Positions 55,922 to 64,000 of a stretch of 64,000 nt of DNA are shown piece by piece. Source of the stretch: an uncultured Collinsella sp. (lineage in GTDB: Bacteria > Actinomycetota > Coriobacteriia > Coriobacteriales > Coriobacteriaceae); assembly GCA_900542555.1 (NCBI GenBank), contig UQNU01000003.1, positions 29-64,028 on the forward strand, in the 5' to 3' direction. A program made the position numbers and the translations under genes. Below the pieces are notes generated by a model. The model saw nothing but the letters and a program-made list of their open reading frames with translations, was not told the DNA's origin and did no database searches. Positions within the stretch are counted from its first letter, which is position 1. Each line of letters opens with the position of its first letter.

Positions 55922-58738
55922 ATGGTTGTCGATAGTACGATTCGATTTAACGACAGGATGGATGGTCCAAGCGTGAGTCTCGGCAGCAAACTATCCAATG
56001 CAAAGGTGTCCTTTGCGATATTTAAGCGCGACATTAAGCGACTGCTTGTGAACCCCGTCGCCCTGGTGGTTACCCTAGGCGTGTGCGTTATTCCCTCGCT
56101 GTATGCCTGGTATAACATCGTGGCAAACTGGGATCCGTATGGAAACACCCAAGGCATCAAGATTGCTATCGCCAACAACGATCAGGGCACTCAGAACGAC
56201 CTGGTGGGCGATCTCAACGCGGGCGACCAGGTCGTCGATCAGCTCAAGGAGAACGATCAGCTGGGCTGGACCTTCGTCGATTCGGCGGCCGATGCCAAGG
56301 AGGGCGTCGAGAGTGGTGAGTACTATGCGGCCATCGTAATCCCCAAGAACTTCTCGGATAACCTGGTTTCGATGCTCGACGGCAACTACCATCAGCCCAA
56401 GCTTACGTACTACGTCAATGAGAAGAAGAGCGCCATTGCACCCAAGGTTACCGACACCGGTGCAAGTACCATCGAGAAGCAGATCAACTCGGAATTTGTC
56501 TCCACGGTGGGCGAGACCGTTGCCAGTATTGCCAAGGATGCCGGAGTCGATTTAAAGGACAAGGCAACCCAGACTCAGGATTCGTTGGCAAGTTCTGTCT
56601 CCGAGGCATCCGATACCTTGGGCGAGGTGCACGATTCGATTGGCGACATGAATGCCGCCATCGATAAGACGAGTGGCGCCATCGCCTCGGCCGATGCGGC
56701 ACTTGCCGGCCTGCAGGGTCAGGCGCCGTCACTGACGCAGGCGATCTCTCAGGGTAACGACCTGCTGGGCGAAGCTCGCACCACGGCGGGCAACTCTATC
56801 GCCTCGCTCTCCAAGGCGCTCTCGGAAGGCAGCCTTGCGCTTACCAAGACGTCGGCCTCTGCGAACGCTGCCATCGGCAAGCTGACGGGCACGGTCACAT
56901 CTACGACCACCCGTATCGACAACTCGCTCGAGTCTCTCCAAGCGACGATCGACCACAATAAGGCCGTTATCGGGCACTTAGAGATTCTCGCCAATGACAC
57001 GTCGACAGGTTCCGAGGAAATTGACGCGCGCATTGTATCGACCATCGATTTGCTTCGAGAGCAGAATGAAAAGCTTCAGAGCATCAAGGACGGTCTGTCT
57101 GCGCAGTCGAGCGCCATGGCGAATGACGCCGCGGCTGTCTCGGGTGCCAGCGACGCTATCAATAACGCAATTCAGACCGGTGCGACCAACCTTGGCCAGG
57201 CCCAGACGGACCTGGGTCAAAACGCGCTGCCGAAGGCCTCGAGCGCGCTTGATTCCTTTGCCGCCGTCTCGGGTGATTTGACGGGTATCGTATCTGGCCT
57301 CACGCCCACGATTGCAAGCGCGCGCGGTACGCTTTCGCAGCTTAACGCTACGCTCGGCCAGGCCAAGACCACGCTGTCCCAGACCGATTCCTCGCTTGCC
57401 AAGGTCCAGGATAAGCTCGCAACCGCCGCCAACGACATCGCGGCGCTGCAGACCTCCGAGTCCATGGGCGAGCTGGCCGACCTGATGGGCGTCGACGTCA
57501 ATGACGTCGCAGACTTCATGGCATCTCCGGTTGAGCTCGCGTCCAAGTCGATCTATCCGGTTAAGAGCTTCGGCTCGGGCATTGCCCCGTTCTATACCAA
57601 CCTGGCGCTTTGGGTGGGCGGCTACGTGCTTATCGCCATCTACAAGCTCGAGGTCGATCGCGAAGGCATCGGCAGCTTTACGGCGCGCCAAGGCTACTTT
57701 GGCCGCTGGTTGCTCATGGTGATCCTGGGCGCGTTGCAGGCCATCATCGTTACGGTGGGTGATCTGGTAATTGGCGTACAGTGCGTCAACCCGCTGCTGT
57801 TCGTGCTGGGCGGCATCGCCATCTCGTTTACGTACGTCAACATCATTTACGCGCTGTCCACTACGTTTAAGCACATCGGCAAGGCAATCGGCGTCATTCT
57901 GGTTATCGTGCAGATTCCGGGTTCATCGGGCATGTACCCCATCGAGATGATGCCTGGCTTCTTCCAGTGGCTGCACCCACTGCTGCCCTTTACCTACGGC
58001 ATCAATCTACTGCGCGAGACGGTCGGCGGCATGTACTCGTTTAACTACCTGTTTAACCTGTGCATTCTGGGCGTGTTCTTGATCGTGGCGCTCTTTATCG
58101 GCCTGCAGCTGCGTCCGCTGCTGCTCAACCTTAACCTGCTCTTTGATAAACAGCTCTCCACGACCGGTATGATGATTTGCGAGTCCAACGACCTGCCGCG
58201 CCAGCGCTACTCGCTGCGCACGGCCATGCGCGTCATGCTCGATTCCGATTCGTACCGTCGCGAACTGCTCGATCATGCGGTCGCCTTTGAACATCGCTAC
58301 CCGTACTACATCAAGGGCGGTTTTGCCGCCGTGGTGGGCGTTCAGGTCCTGCTCTTTGTCCTGTCGACGGTTCTCGATATCGACAATAACGGCAAGATCA
58401 TCCTGCTTGTCATTTGGATCATCTCGGTTATTGCCATCTGCGGCTGGCTTATCAATATCGAATATATCCGAGCGAGCCTCAATACCCAGATGCGCATCTC
58501 GGCGCTTTCGGATGAGGACCTGCGTCGCGAGATGCGCGAACACACGGCCGCCATTCCTGCCGCCCGCCACATGTTTGGCCTCAACGCCAGCGAGCGTGGC
58601 GCCAAGGGCGGCGATCAGTCCACGGGCCGCTTGCCGCATATCGGTTCGCACCATAAATCTCAGGGCAGCGACAGCACAGCCACAAATGATGGAGATACCA
58701 CCGCGCTTGGCAAGCACTCCAAAGGAGGTGAGGCATAA
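55922..58738 (+). CDS. YhgE/Pip-family membrane protein (ABC-2-like C-terminal TM bundle, long Ala/Ser/Thr-rich extracellular coiled region)
   Basis: FKRDIKRLLVNP...LYAWYNIVANWDPYGNT N-terminus and C-terminal polytopic region. The start may be the internal ATG at 55958. Confidence 0.8.
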   Translation: MVVDSTIRFNDRMDGPSVSLGSKLSNAKVSFAIFKRDIKRLLVNPVALVVTLGVCVIPSLYAWYNIVANWDPYGNTQGIKIAIANNDQGTQNDLVGDLNAGDQVVDQLKENDQLGWTFVDSAADAKEGVESGEYYAAIVIPKNFSDNLVSMLDGNYHQPKLTYYVNEKKSAIAPKVTDTGASTIEKQINSEFVSTVGETVASIAKDAGVDLKDKATQTQDSLASSVSEASDTLGEVHDSIGDMNAAIDKTSGAIASADAALAGLQGQAPSLTQAISQGNDLLGEARTTAGNSIASLSKALSEGSLALTKTSASANAAIGKLTGTVTSTTTRIDNSLESLQATIDHNKAVIGHLEILANDTSTGSEEIDARIVSTIDLLREQNEKLQSIKDGLSAQSSAMANDAAAVSGASDAINNAIQTGATNLGQAQTDLGQNALPKASSALDSFAAVSGDLTGIVSGLTPTIASARGTLSQLNATLGQAKTTLSQTDSSLAKVQDKLATAANDIAALQTSESMGELADLMGVDVNDVADFMASPVELASKSIYPVKSFGSGIAPFYTNLALWVGGYVLIAIYKLEVDREGIGSFTARQGYFGRWLLMVILGALQAIIVTVGDLVIGVQCVNPLLFVLGGIAISFTYVNIIYALSTTFKHIGKAIGVILVIVQIPGSSGMYPIEMMPGFFQWLHPLLPFTYGINLLRETVGGMYSFNYLFNLCILGVFLIVALFIGLQLRPLLLNLNLLFDKQLSTTGMMICESNDLPRQRYSLRTAMRVMLDSDSYRRELLDHAVAFEHRYPYYIKGGFAAVVGVQVLLFVLSTVLDIDNNGKIILLVIWIISVIAICGWLINIEYIRASLNTQMRISALSDEDLRREMREHTAAIPAARHMFGLNASERGAKGGDQSTGRLPHIGSHHKSQGSDSTATNDGDTTALGKHSKGGEA

Positions 58739-60928
58739 ATGAAGAACATCCTGCATCTGTTTAAGCGCGATGTCCAAAACGTGTCTCGCTCCGTGATCGG
58801 CTTGGTTGTCGTGATGGGCCTCATTATCGTACCGTGTCTGTACGCGTGGTTTAACATCGCCGGCAGCTGGGATCCGTACGGCAACACCGGCAATCTTAAG
58901 ATCGCCGTGGTCAACACCGATGAGGGTTACGAGAGCGATTTGATCCCCGTCGAGGTTAACGTGGGCGAAAACGTGACCGCCACCCTACGCGGCAACGAGA
59001 GCTTCGATTGGGTTGTGCTCAACAATCGCGAAAAGGCTATCGAGGGCGTTAAGTCGGGCGCGTACTATGCTGCCGTCGTTATCCCCAAAACGTTTAGCGC
59101 TGACATGATGACGCTTTTCTCGACCGACGTGAAACACGCCGATATCGAGTTTTACGAGAACCAGAAGGCCAACGCCATTGCGCAGATCGTGACCGAGAAG
59201 GGTTCGAGTGCCGTTCAGAGCCAGGTTAACGAAACTTTTACCGAGACCATTACGAGCATCGGTCTTAAGACGGTGTCCAGCCTGCTCGATTACATGAGCA
59301 CCGACCAGGTCAGCAACTTTATCGCCAACCTGTCCTCGACGCTTGGCGATTCGATTGAGGACCTGCGAGACGTTCAGGCAAATGCTTCGTCGCTGGCGGG
59401 CATTTTGAGCTCCACGTCCGATTCGCTGACGTCGGCGAGCGGCATGCTCAAGCAGACCGGTGCCGTCGATGAGTCGACAAAGCAGCTCATGGAACATGCC
59501 AAAAGCGGCATCGATGATTCCAAAGAAGCGCTTAAGGCGGCAAACGATGCCATCGATGCCGCAATCGATGGAAGTGCGGGTTCGTTCGACAATGTGTCTG
59601 CCGAGCTCGCGAAGGCGTTCGACACCGCAAACCAGCATGTCGACCTTACGGCGTCCCAACTCAACGATGCCGCTGCGGCCCTCAATGCGCGCGCCAAGGA
59701 TATCGATGCGATGGCCGATCAGCTCCGCAGCCTTGCCGACCAGGTGAGCGATGAGAATTTGAAGGACGGCCTCAAGTCCGCCGCGACGTCGCTGGGCAGA
59801 ATCGCCGTTGAGTACCGCAACAATGCCAAGGATCTGGCGCCTACCGCGAAGTCTCTCTCCGATAGCATGGCCGAGGTCAACAACTCGCGTGCCGAGGTCG
59901 ATCAGGCCATCGCTGATGCCAAGGCCGGCATCGCGGGTGCCAAATCCGATTACGATTCCACGTTCTCGGTTAAGGCCAAGGAGCTCAAGAAGACGGTTTC
60001 GGGCATTCTGGACTCGCTTGATGGCATCTCGGGCGACCTGGATAGCGCCGTAGGCGGCCTCACCGATGCATCCGGCTCGTTGGCGAAGGGCCTCTCCAAG
60101 GCCGCCAAGCTGGTCAACAAGGCTTCCGATCAGCTAGGCGAGGCGTCGGACAAGATCAGTGCGTTTAAGGACGAGCTCGACGGTGCCTTGATGTCGGATG
60201 ACCTCGCTACGATCAAGACGATGATCGGCAATGATCCCGAGGGTCTGGCCGTGTCGCTTTCCGGCCCCGTCGCGCTCGATCGCAAGCCGGTCTATCCGAT
60301 CCGCAACTACGGTTCGGCCATGGCACCGTTCTACACGATTCTGTCGCTCTGGGTCGGCTCGATCGTGCTGGCGGCCATGATGAAGGTCTCGGTTGACGAT
60401 GAGCTTATCAACGAGCTCATCCCCGTGCGCTTGCACGAGATCTACCTGGGCCGTTACCTGTTCTTTGGCGGTCTGGCCCTGCTGCAGGCAACGCTCGTGT
60501 GCGCGGGCGACATCCTGTTCTTTGGCATCCAGTGCGACGACCCGCTGCAGTTTGTGCTGGCGGGCTGGGTCGCGAGTCTCGTGTTCTCCAATATCGTCTA
60601 CACGCTTACGGTTTCGTTTGGCGATATCGGCAAGGCGCTCGCCGTCGTGCTGCTGGTCATGCAGGTCGGCGGTTCGGGCGGCACGTTCCCCATCGAGATG
60701 ACCGGCCCCGTGTTCCAGGCGATCTATCCGTTCCTGCCGTTTACTCACGGCATCAACGCCATGCACGCCGCTATGGCCGGTGCCTACCATATGGAGTATT
60801 GGATTGAGCTAGGCATTCTGGCGAGCTATCTGATTCCGTCGCTGGCCCTGGGCGTCGTCTTCCGCCGCCCGGTCATCAAAGCCAACGACTGGATCATCGA
60901 AAAACTGGAGTCAACCAAATTGATTTAG
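58739..60928 (+). CDS. YhgE/Pip-family membrane protein, paralog
   Basis: FKRDVQNVSRSVIG...LYAWFNIAGSWDPYGNT. The start abuts the upstream stop (TAAATG). Confidence 0.8.
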   Translation: MKNILHLFKRDVQNVSRSVIGLVVVMGLIIVPCLYAWFNIAGSWDPYGNTGNLKIAVVNTDEGYESDLIPVEVNVGENVTATLRGNESFDWVVLNNREKAIEGVKSGAYYAAVVIPKTFSADMMTLFSTDVKHADIEFYENQKANAIAQIVTEKGSSAVQSQVNETFTETITSIGLKTVSSLLDYMSTDQVSNFIANLSSTLGDSIEDLRDVQANASSLAGILSSTSDSLTSASGMLKQTGAVDESTKQLMEHAKSGIDDSKEALKAANDAIDAAIDGSAGSFDNVSAELAKAFDTANQHVDLTASQLNDAAAALNARAKDIDAMADQLRSLADQVSDENLKDGLKSAATSLGRIAVEYRNNAKDLAPTAKSLSDSMAEVNNSRAEVDQAIADAKAGIAGAKSDYDSTFSVKAKELKKTVSGILDSLDGISGDLDSAVGGLTDASGSLAKGLSKAAKLVNKASDQLGEASDKISAFKDELDGALMSDDLATIKTMIGNDPEGLAVSLSGPVALDRKPVYPIRNYGSAMAPFYTILSLWVGSIVLAAMMKVSVDDELINELIPVRLHEIYLGRYLFFGGLALLQATLVCAGDILFFGIQCDDPLQFVLAGWVASLVFSNIVYTLTVSFGDIGKALAVVLLVMQVGGSGGTFPIEMTGPVFQAIYPFLPFTHGINAMHAAMAGAYHMEYWIELGILASYLIPSLALGVVFRRPVIKANDWIIEKLESTKLI

Positions 60929-61129
60929 TTCAGCAACGTAAACGCCGTCGGAACATCGAGATCTTCCAACCCGATGCTTTAGCGTAGTGAATTGCACGGG
61001 CTGCTTGGTTGTTGCTACAGTAGCGGGGCGTGCCGGGGGTCCGGTGCGCCCTGCTTTTATTTGACCATGAGGCGGCACGCAGCCATGCGCGTGCGGACAC
61101 CACGCCCAGATTGAGCGCGAGGATGCCCT

Positions 61130-62113
61130 ATGGCCCAGCATGCCACTGACAATATCGAAATGATGCCCGATAGCCCTGTTGCTCGCGAGGACCTGGGCGC
61201 GGGCGGCACCTCCCGCGGCGCCGGCGCTCGCTCGCCGCTGTTCTGGAAAGTCCTGCTGCTTTCGGTGGCAGTCGTCTGGGGCTACTCCTTTACGACCATG
61301 AAGGACGCGCTCGACACCATTCCGGTGTTCGAACTGCTCTACGTGCGCTTTCTGCCTGCGGCGTTGGTCATGTTTTTCATCTTCCACAAGCGCATCATCG
61401 CGCACCTCAACGCCCGCAACCTTATCGTCGGACTTGGCATGGGCGCACTTATGTGGGCCGCCTACGCCCTGCAGACAGTCGGTCTGGCGCACACCACGGC
61501 GGGCAAGAATGCTTTTTTGACGGGCACGTATTGCATCGTTGTGCCGTTCGCGAGCTATTTTCTGAGCGGCGAAAAACTCACCCGCTATAACCTGGGCGCG
61601 GCGCTGCTGTGCTTGGCGGGCATTGGCTTGGTGGCGCTCGATAGCGTTGAATTCAACATCGGTGACGTCATTACGCTGGCGGGCGCGGTCTTCTTCGCCA
61701 TCCAGATGGCGGTGACCGCCAAGTACGGTCGCAAAATGGACATCAACGTCATCACGTTTTGGATGTTTGTGGGCAACGGCGTGCTGAGCCTGATCTCGTC
61801 GCTGCTATTCGAGACCCAAGCGCCTCTGTCCGTTTGGACGCCGAGCTTTATCAGTGTGATGGCGTTTCTCTCGGTGGGCTGCACATGCGTGGCGCTGCTC
61901 ATCCAAAACGTTGGATTGGCGCACGTCCCAGCCTCGACGGGCTCGCTGCTCCTTTCGATGGAGTCGCCTTCGGGTGTGCTGTTCTCGGTACTGCTGATGG
62001 GGGAGGCGCTCACCTCGCGCCTGCTCGCCGGCTTCGCGCTCATCTTTCTTTCGATTATCTTGAGCGAGACGCATTTCGATTTTTTGCGTCGAAAGCCGCG
62101 TCCGCAATTGTAA
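61130..62113 (+). CDS. EamA/DMT-family transporter
   Basis: Ten predicted TM helices in two EamA-like halves. Confidence 0.75.
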   Translation: MAQHATDNIEMMPDSPVAREDLGAGGTSRGAGARSPLFWKVLLLSVAVVWGYSFTTMKDALDTIPVFELLYVRFLPAALVMFFIFHKRIIAHLNARNLIVGLGMGALMWAAYALQTVGLAHTTAGKNAFLTGTYCIVVPFASYFLSGEKLTRYNLGAALLCLAGIGLVALDSVEFNIGDVITLAGAVFFAIQMAVTAKYGRKMDINVITFWMFVGNGVLSLISSLLFETQAPLSVWTPSFISVMAFLSVGCTCVALLIQNVGLAHVPASTGSLLLSMESPSGVLFSVLLMGEALTSRLLAGFALIFLSIILSETHFDFLRRKPRPQL

Positions 62114-62228
62114 ACAATTTGTTGCGCCGCCTCCCGGGGCGGCATTTTTTATGCGTCGCCCTTAAAGTAGTACCATGCACTTTACGCTATCAAAGTGCTT
62201 GCTGCAAAAACGTTACTGGAGGGCATCT

Positions 62229-63527
62229 ATGGCACCAGCACTGTCCGATCTTCAACCGCAATCAGCGCCCAAGGCCACCGCGGCGGCGCAAGCCGCCATT
62301 GGCGACAGTCTGGTCAAAGAGGCTCAAACTTTTGCCGATGAGCTTGCCGCATGGCGTCACGATCTGCATCGGACGCCCGAACTTGGTAACGACCTCCCGC
62401 AGACCTCTGCGTATATCCAAGCGCGCCTGGCCGAGATGGACATCCCGTTTGCCACGCTCGTCGACGGTTCCTGCGTCGTTGGCCTGATCGGTGCCGGTGC
62501 GGCCGCGGCCGCTCAGGGCAATGGCACGTGCAAGGACGAGCGGGCCGGAACGGTCGTCATGCTCCGAGGCGATATGGATGCCCTGCCCGTTGTCGAGGAA
62601 TCCGGCGAGCCCTTTGCATCCACCAATGGCTGCATGCATGCTTGCGGTCACGATATGCACGCGACGGCCCTGCTTGGTGCGGCGCGCCTGCTCAAGGCCC
62701 GCGAGGCCGAGCTCATCGACGCCAATGCCACCGTCAAACTGCTGTTCCAGCCGGGCGAGGAGACCTTCGAGGGCGCCCGCGCCGCTATCGCCGACGGCTT
62801 GCTCGAGAACCCGCGCCCTCAGGCGGCCTTTGCCATGCATGTCAACAGCCAGTCGCCGCTTGGCCTGGTGCTCTACGGCAGCCCGGCGCTCTCGGGCGTG
62901 TACGGTTTCCGTATCACGCTCCAGGGCAAGGGCGGCCATGGCTCGAGCCCCGAGATCTGCATCGACCCCATCACGGCAGGCGTGCATGTGCATCTGGCGC
63001 TCCAGGAGCTTATCTCCCGCGAGGTGCCGGCGGCCAAGGAAGTCGCACTTACCGTTGGTAAGTTTGCTGGCGGCTTGGCGGCCAACGTCATCCCCGACAC
63101 CTGCGTGCTCGAGGGAACGCTGCGCGGCTTTGATGTTGAGCTCATGGCTCACCTCAAGACCCGCATCGCGGAGGTCGTTAACGGCGTTGCCGCGACCTAT
63201 CGTACGCCGGCGACCATCGAGACACTTTCGGATGTTCCGCCGCTTGTACTCGACAGCGATATGACTCAGGCGTCGCTTGGCTACGTGGGCGCAGTGCTGC
63301 CCAAGGCGGCTTTCTTGCCGCTTTTCCATGCCATGGCGAGTGAGGACTTCGCGCTTATCTCGAGCGAGATTCCGAGTGCGTACTTTACCGTGGGCGCGGC
63401 CGTAACCGACACGGACGAACACTTTGCCCAGCACCATCCCAAGGCACGTTTTAACGATGCCGAGCTGCCGCTCGGTGCCGCGGCCTATACCGCCGTCGCT
63501 TTGGGCTATATCGCCGACCACCGGTAG
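62229..63527 (+). CDS. M20D-family amidohydrolase (hippurate hydrolase / aminoacylase-like)
   Basis: Start at ATG 62229 (RBS ggaggg). Metal-binding blocks MHACGHDMH, FQPGEE and GKGGHGSSPE. Confidence 0.8.
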   Translation: MAPALSDLQPQSAPKATAAAQAAIGDSLVKEAQTFADELAAWRHDLHRTPELGNDLPQTSAYIQARLAEMDIPFATLVDGSCVVGLIGAGAAAAAQGNGTCKDERAGTVVMLRGDMDALPVVEESGEPFASTNGCMHACGHDMHATALLGAARLLKAREAELIDANATVKLLFQPGEETFEGARAAIADGLLENPRPQAAFAMHVNSQSPLGLVLYGSPALSGVYGFRITLQGKGGHGSSPEICIDPITAGVHVHLALQELISREVPAAKEVALTVGKFAGGLAANVIPDTCVLEGTLRGFDVELMAHLKTRIAEVVNGVAATYRTPATIETLSDVPPLVLDSDMTQASLGYVGAVLPKAAFLPLFHAMASEDFALISSEIPSAYFTVGAAVTDTDEHFAQHHPKARFNDAELPLGAAAYTAVALGYIADHR

Positions 63528-63536
63528 CACCCAACC

Positions 63537-63761
63537 TTGCCTTTCAAGCCTGCGGGCATGGCCGTAAGGCCTATGCCCTTGTCTTTCAAGGCAATCTTGG
63601 GCACTACCGGCGCCATTGTCTCGGGCGTGCTGTTCGATGCCACGGGCTCCTTTGCGAGCACCTGGATCGTGTGCCTGGCGTGCTCTGTGGTCATGCTCGT
63701 GTTCCTGCTGGCATCCGAGCCCATCGCCGCCAAGCTGCGCGCAAGCGTGGCGGGGGAGTAG
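63537..63761 (+). pseudogene. Probable C-terminal remnant of an MFS transporter
   Basis: Only ~70 codons are open. AILGTTGAIVSGVLFDATGSFASTWIVCLACSVVMLVFLL looks like the last two helices of an MFS protein. No room for the N-terminal ~350 aa remains after the M20 gene. Confidence 0.4.
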
Positions 63762-63797
63762 GTAGGCCAAAGCGCATCGCCGCTTGTCCGCTTCGTC

Positions 63798-63870
63798 CGC
63801 GGCGGTGCGTCTGGCCGAACGAGCCCCCCATACCCTCGTTCGGTCAGACGCGCCGCCGCGTTTTGTTTTT
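63798..63870 (+). terminator. Long-stem intrinsic terminator
   Basis: 26-nt arms cgcggcggtgcgtctggccgaacgag (63798-63823) and ctcgttcggtcagacgcgccgccgcg (63835-63860) with 2 mismatches, then ttttgttttt. Confidence 0.8.
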
Positions 63871-63924
63871 GTGCCGTATAATGACCACTATCTATGACGC
63901 GATACAAAAGAAAGGTGTTTGCCC

Positions 63925-64000
63925 ATGCAGGCACAGAAGGCGGAGGGAACCCGCGACCTTATCGGCGCCGAGATGCGCGCCTGGCAAAAGATGCAGCAGC
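63925..64000 (+). CDS. hisS: Histidine--tRNA ligase, N-terminal fragment (runs off the window)
   Basis: MQAQKAEGTRDLIGAEMRAWQKM matches the HisS N-terminal pattern (GTRD...). Confidence 0.55.
   Translation, partial: MQAQKAEGTRDLIGAEMRAWQKMQQ

Overview
High-GC actinobacterial chromosome segment. The gene content suggests Coriobacteriia, but that is a guess. Most of the window is core housekeeping: M32 carboxypeptidase, T-box-controlled pheST, an ECF Co/Ni transporter, pyk, a P-type Ca-ATPase, rsgA, rsmI, metG, rsmA, tatD, an SPFH protein, rlmH, proC, serS, htpG and the start of hisS. It also holds a complete monoderm-type Tad/Flp pilus operon (16.5-26.1 kb) and four tRNA genes (Phe, Leu, Arg, Ser). 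Further genes are a VanRS-like two-component pair next to a DD-carboxypeptidase, an orphan pstB with a PhoPR-like pair, a CpsC/D/B-type tyrosine-kinase triad, two tandem YhgE/Pip membrane proteins, an EamA transporter and an M20 amidohydrolase. I found no CRISPR array, rRNA, IS transposase, integrase or recognisable defence system. The unexplained signals are mostly non-coding. (1) Every tRNA gene is followed by the same module: hairpin terminator, then an inverted copy of that tRNA's own T-arm 54-58 nt past the 3' end. At tRNA-Phe and tRNA-Leu the tRNA 3' end plus terminator is also directly duplicated 153/189 bp downstream behind a shared CGCGGAC junction. (2) Two ~95-nt multi-tier palindromes sit after pheT and the ATPase. 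They share loops but have compensatory stem changes. (3) There is a dispersed ACTAGT/GGGGAC palindromic repeat family. (4) A 158-bp MITE-like inverted-repeat element fills the gap between proC and an unlisted 57-aa ORF. (5) A lower-GC patch around tRNA-Ser carries phased short-repeat arrays in front of an Orc1/Cdc6-like AAA+/wHTH ATPase, an orphan 813-aa protein and a TM2-domain protein. Functional calls rest on motif recognition by eye; no searches were run.
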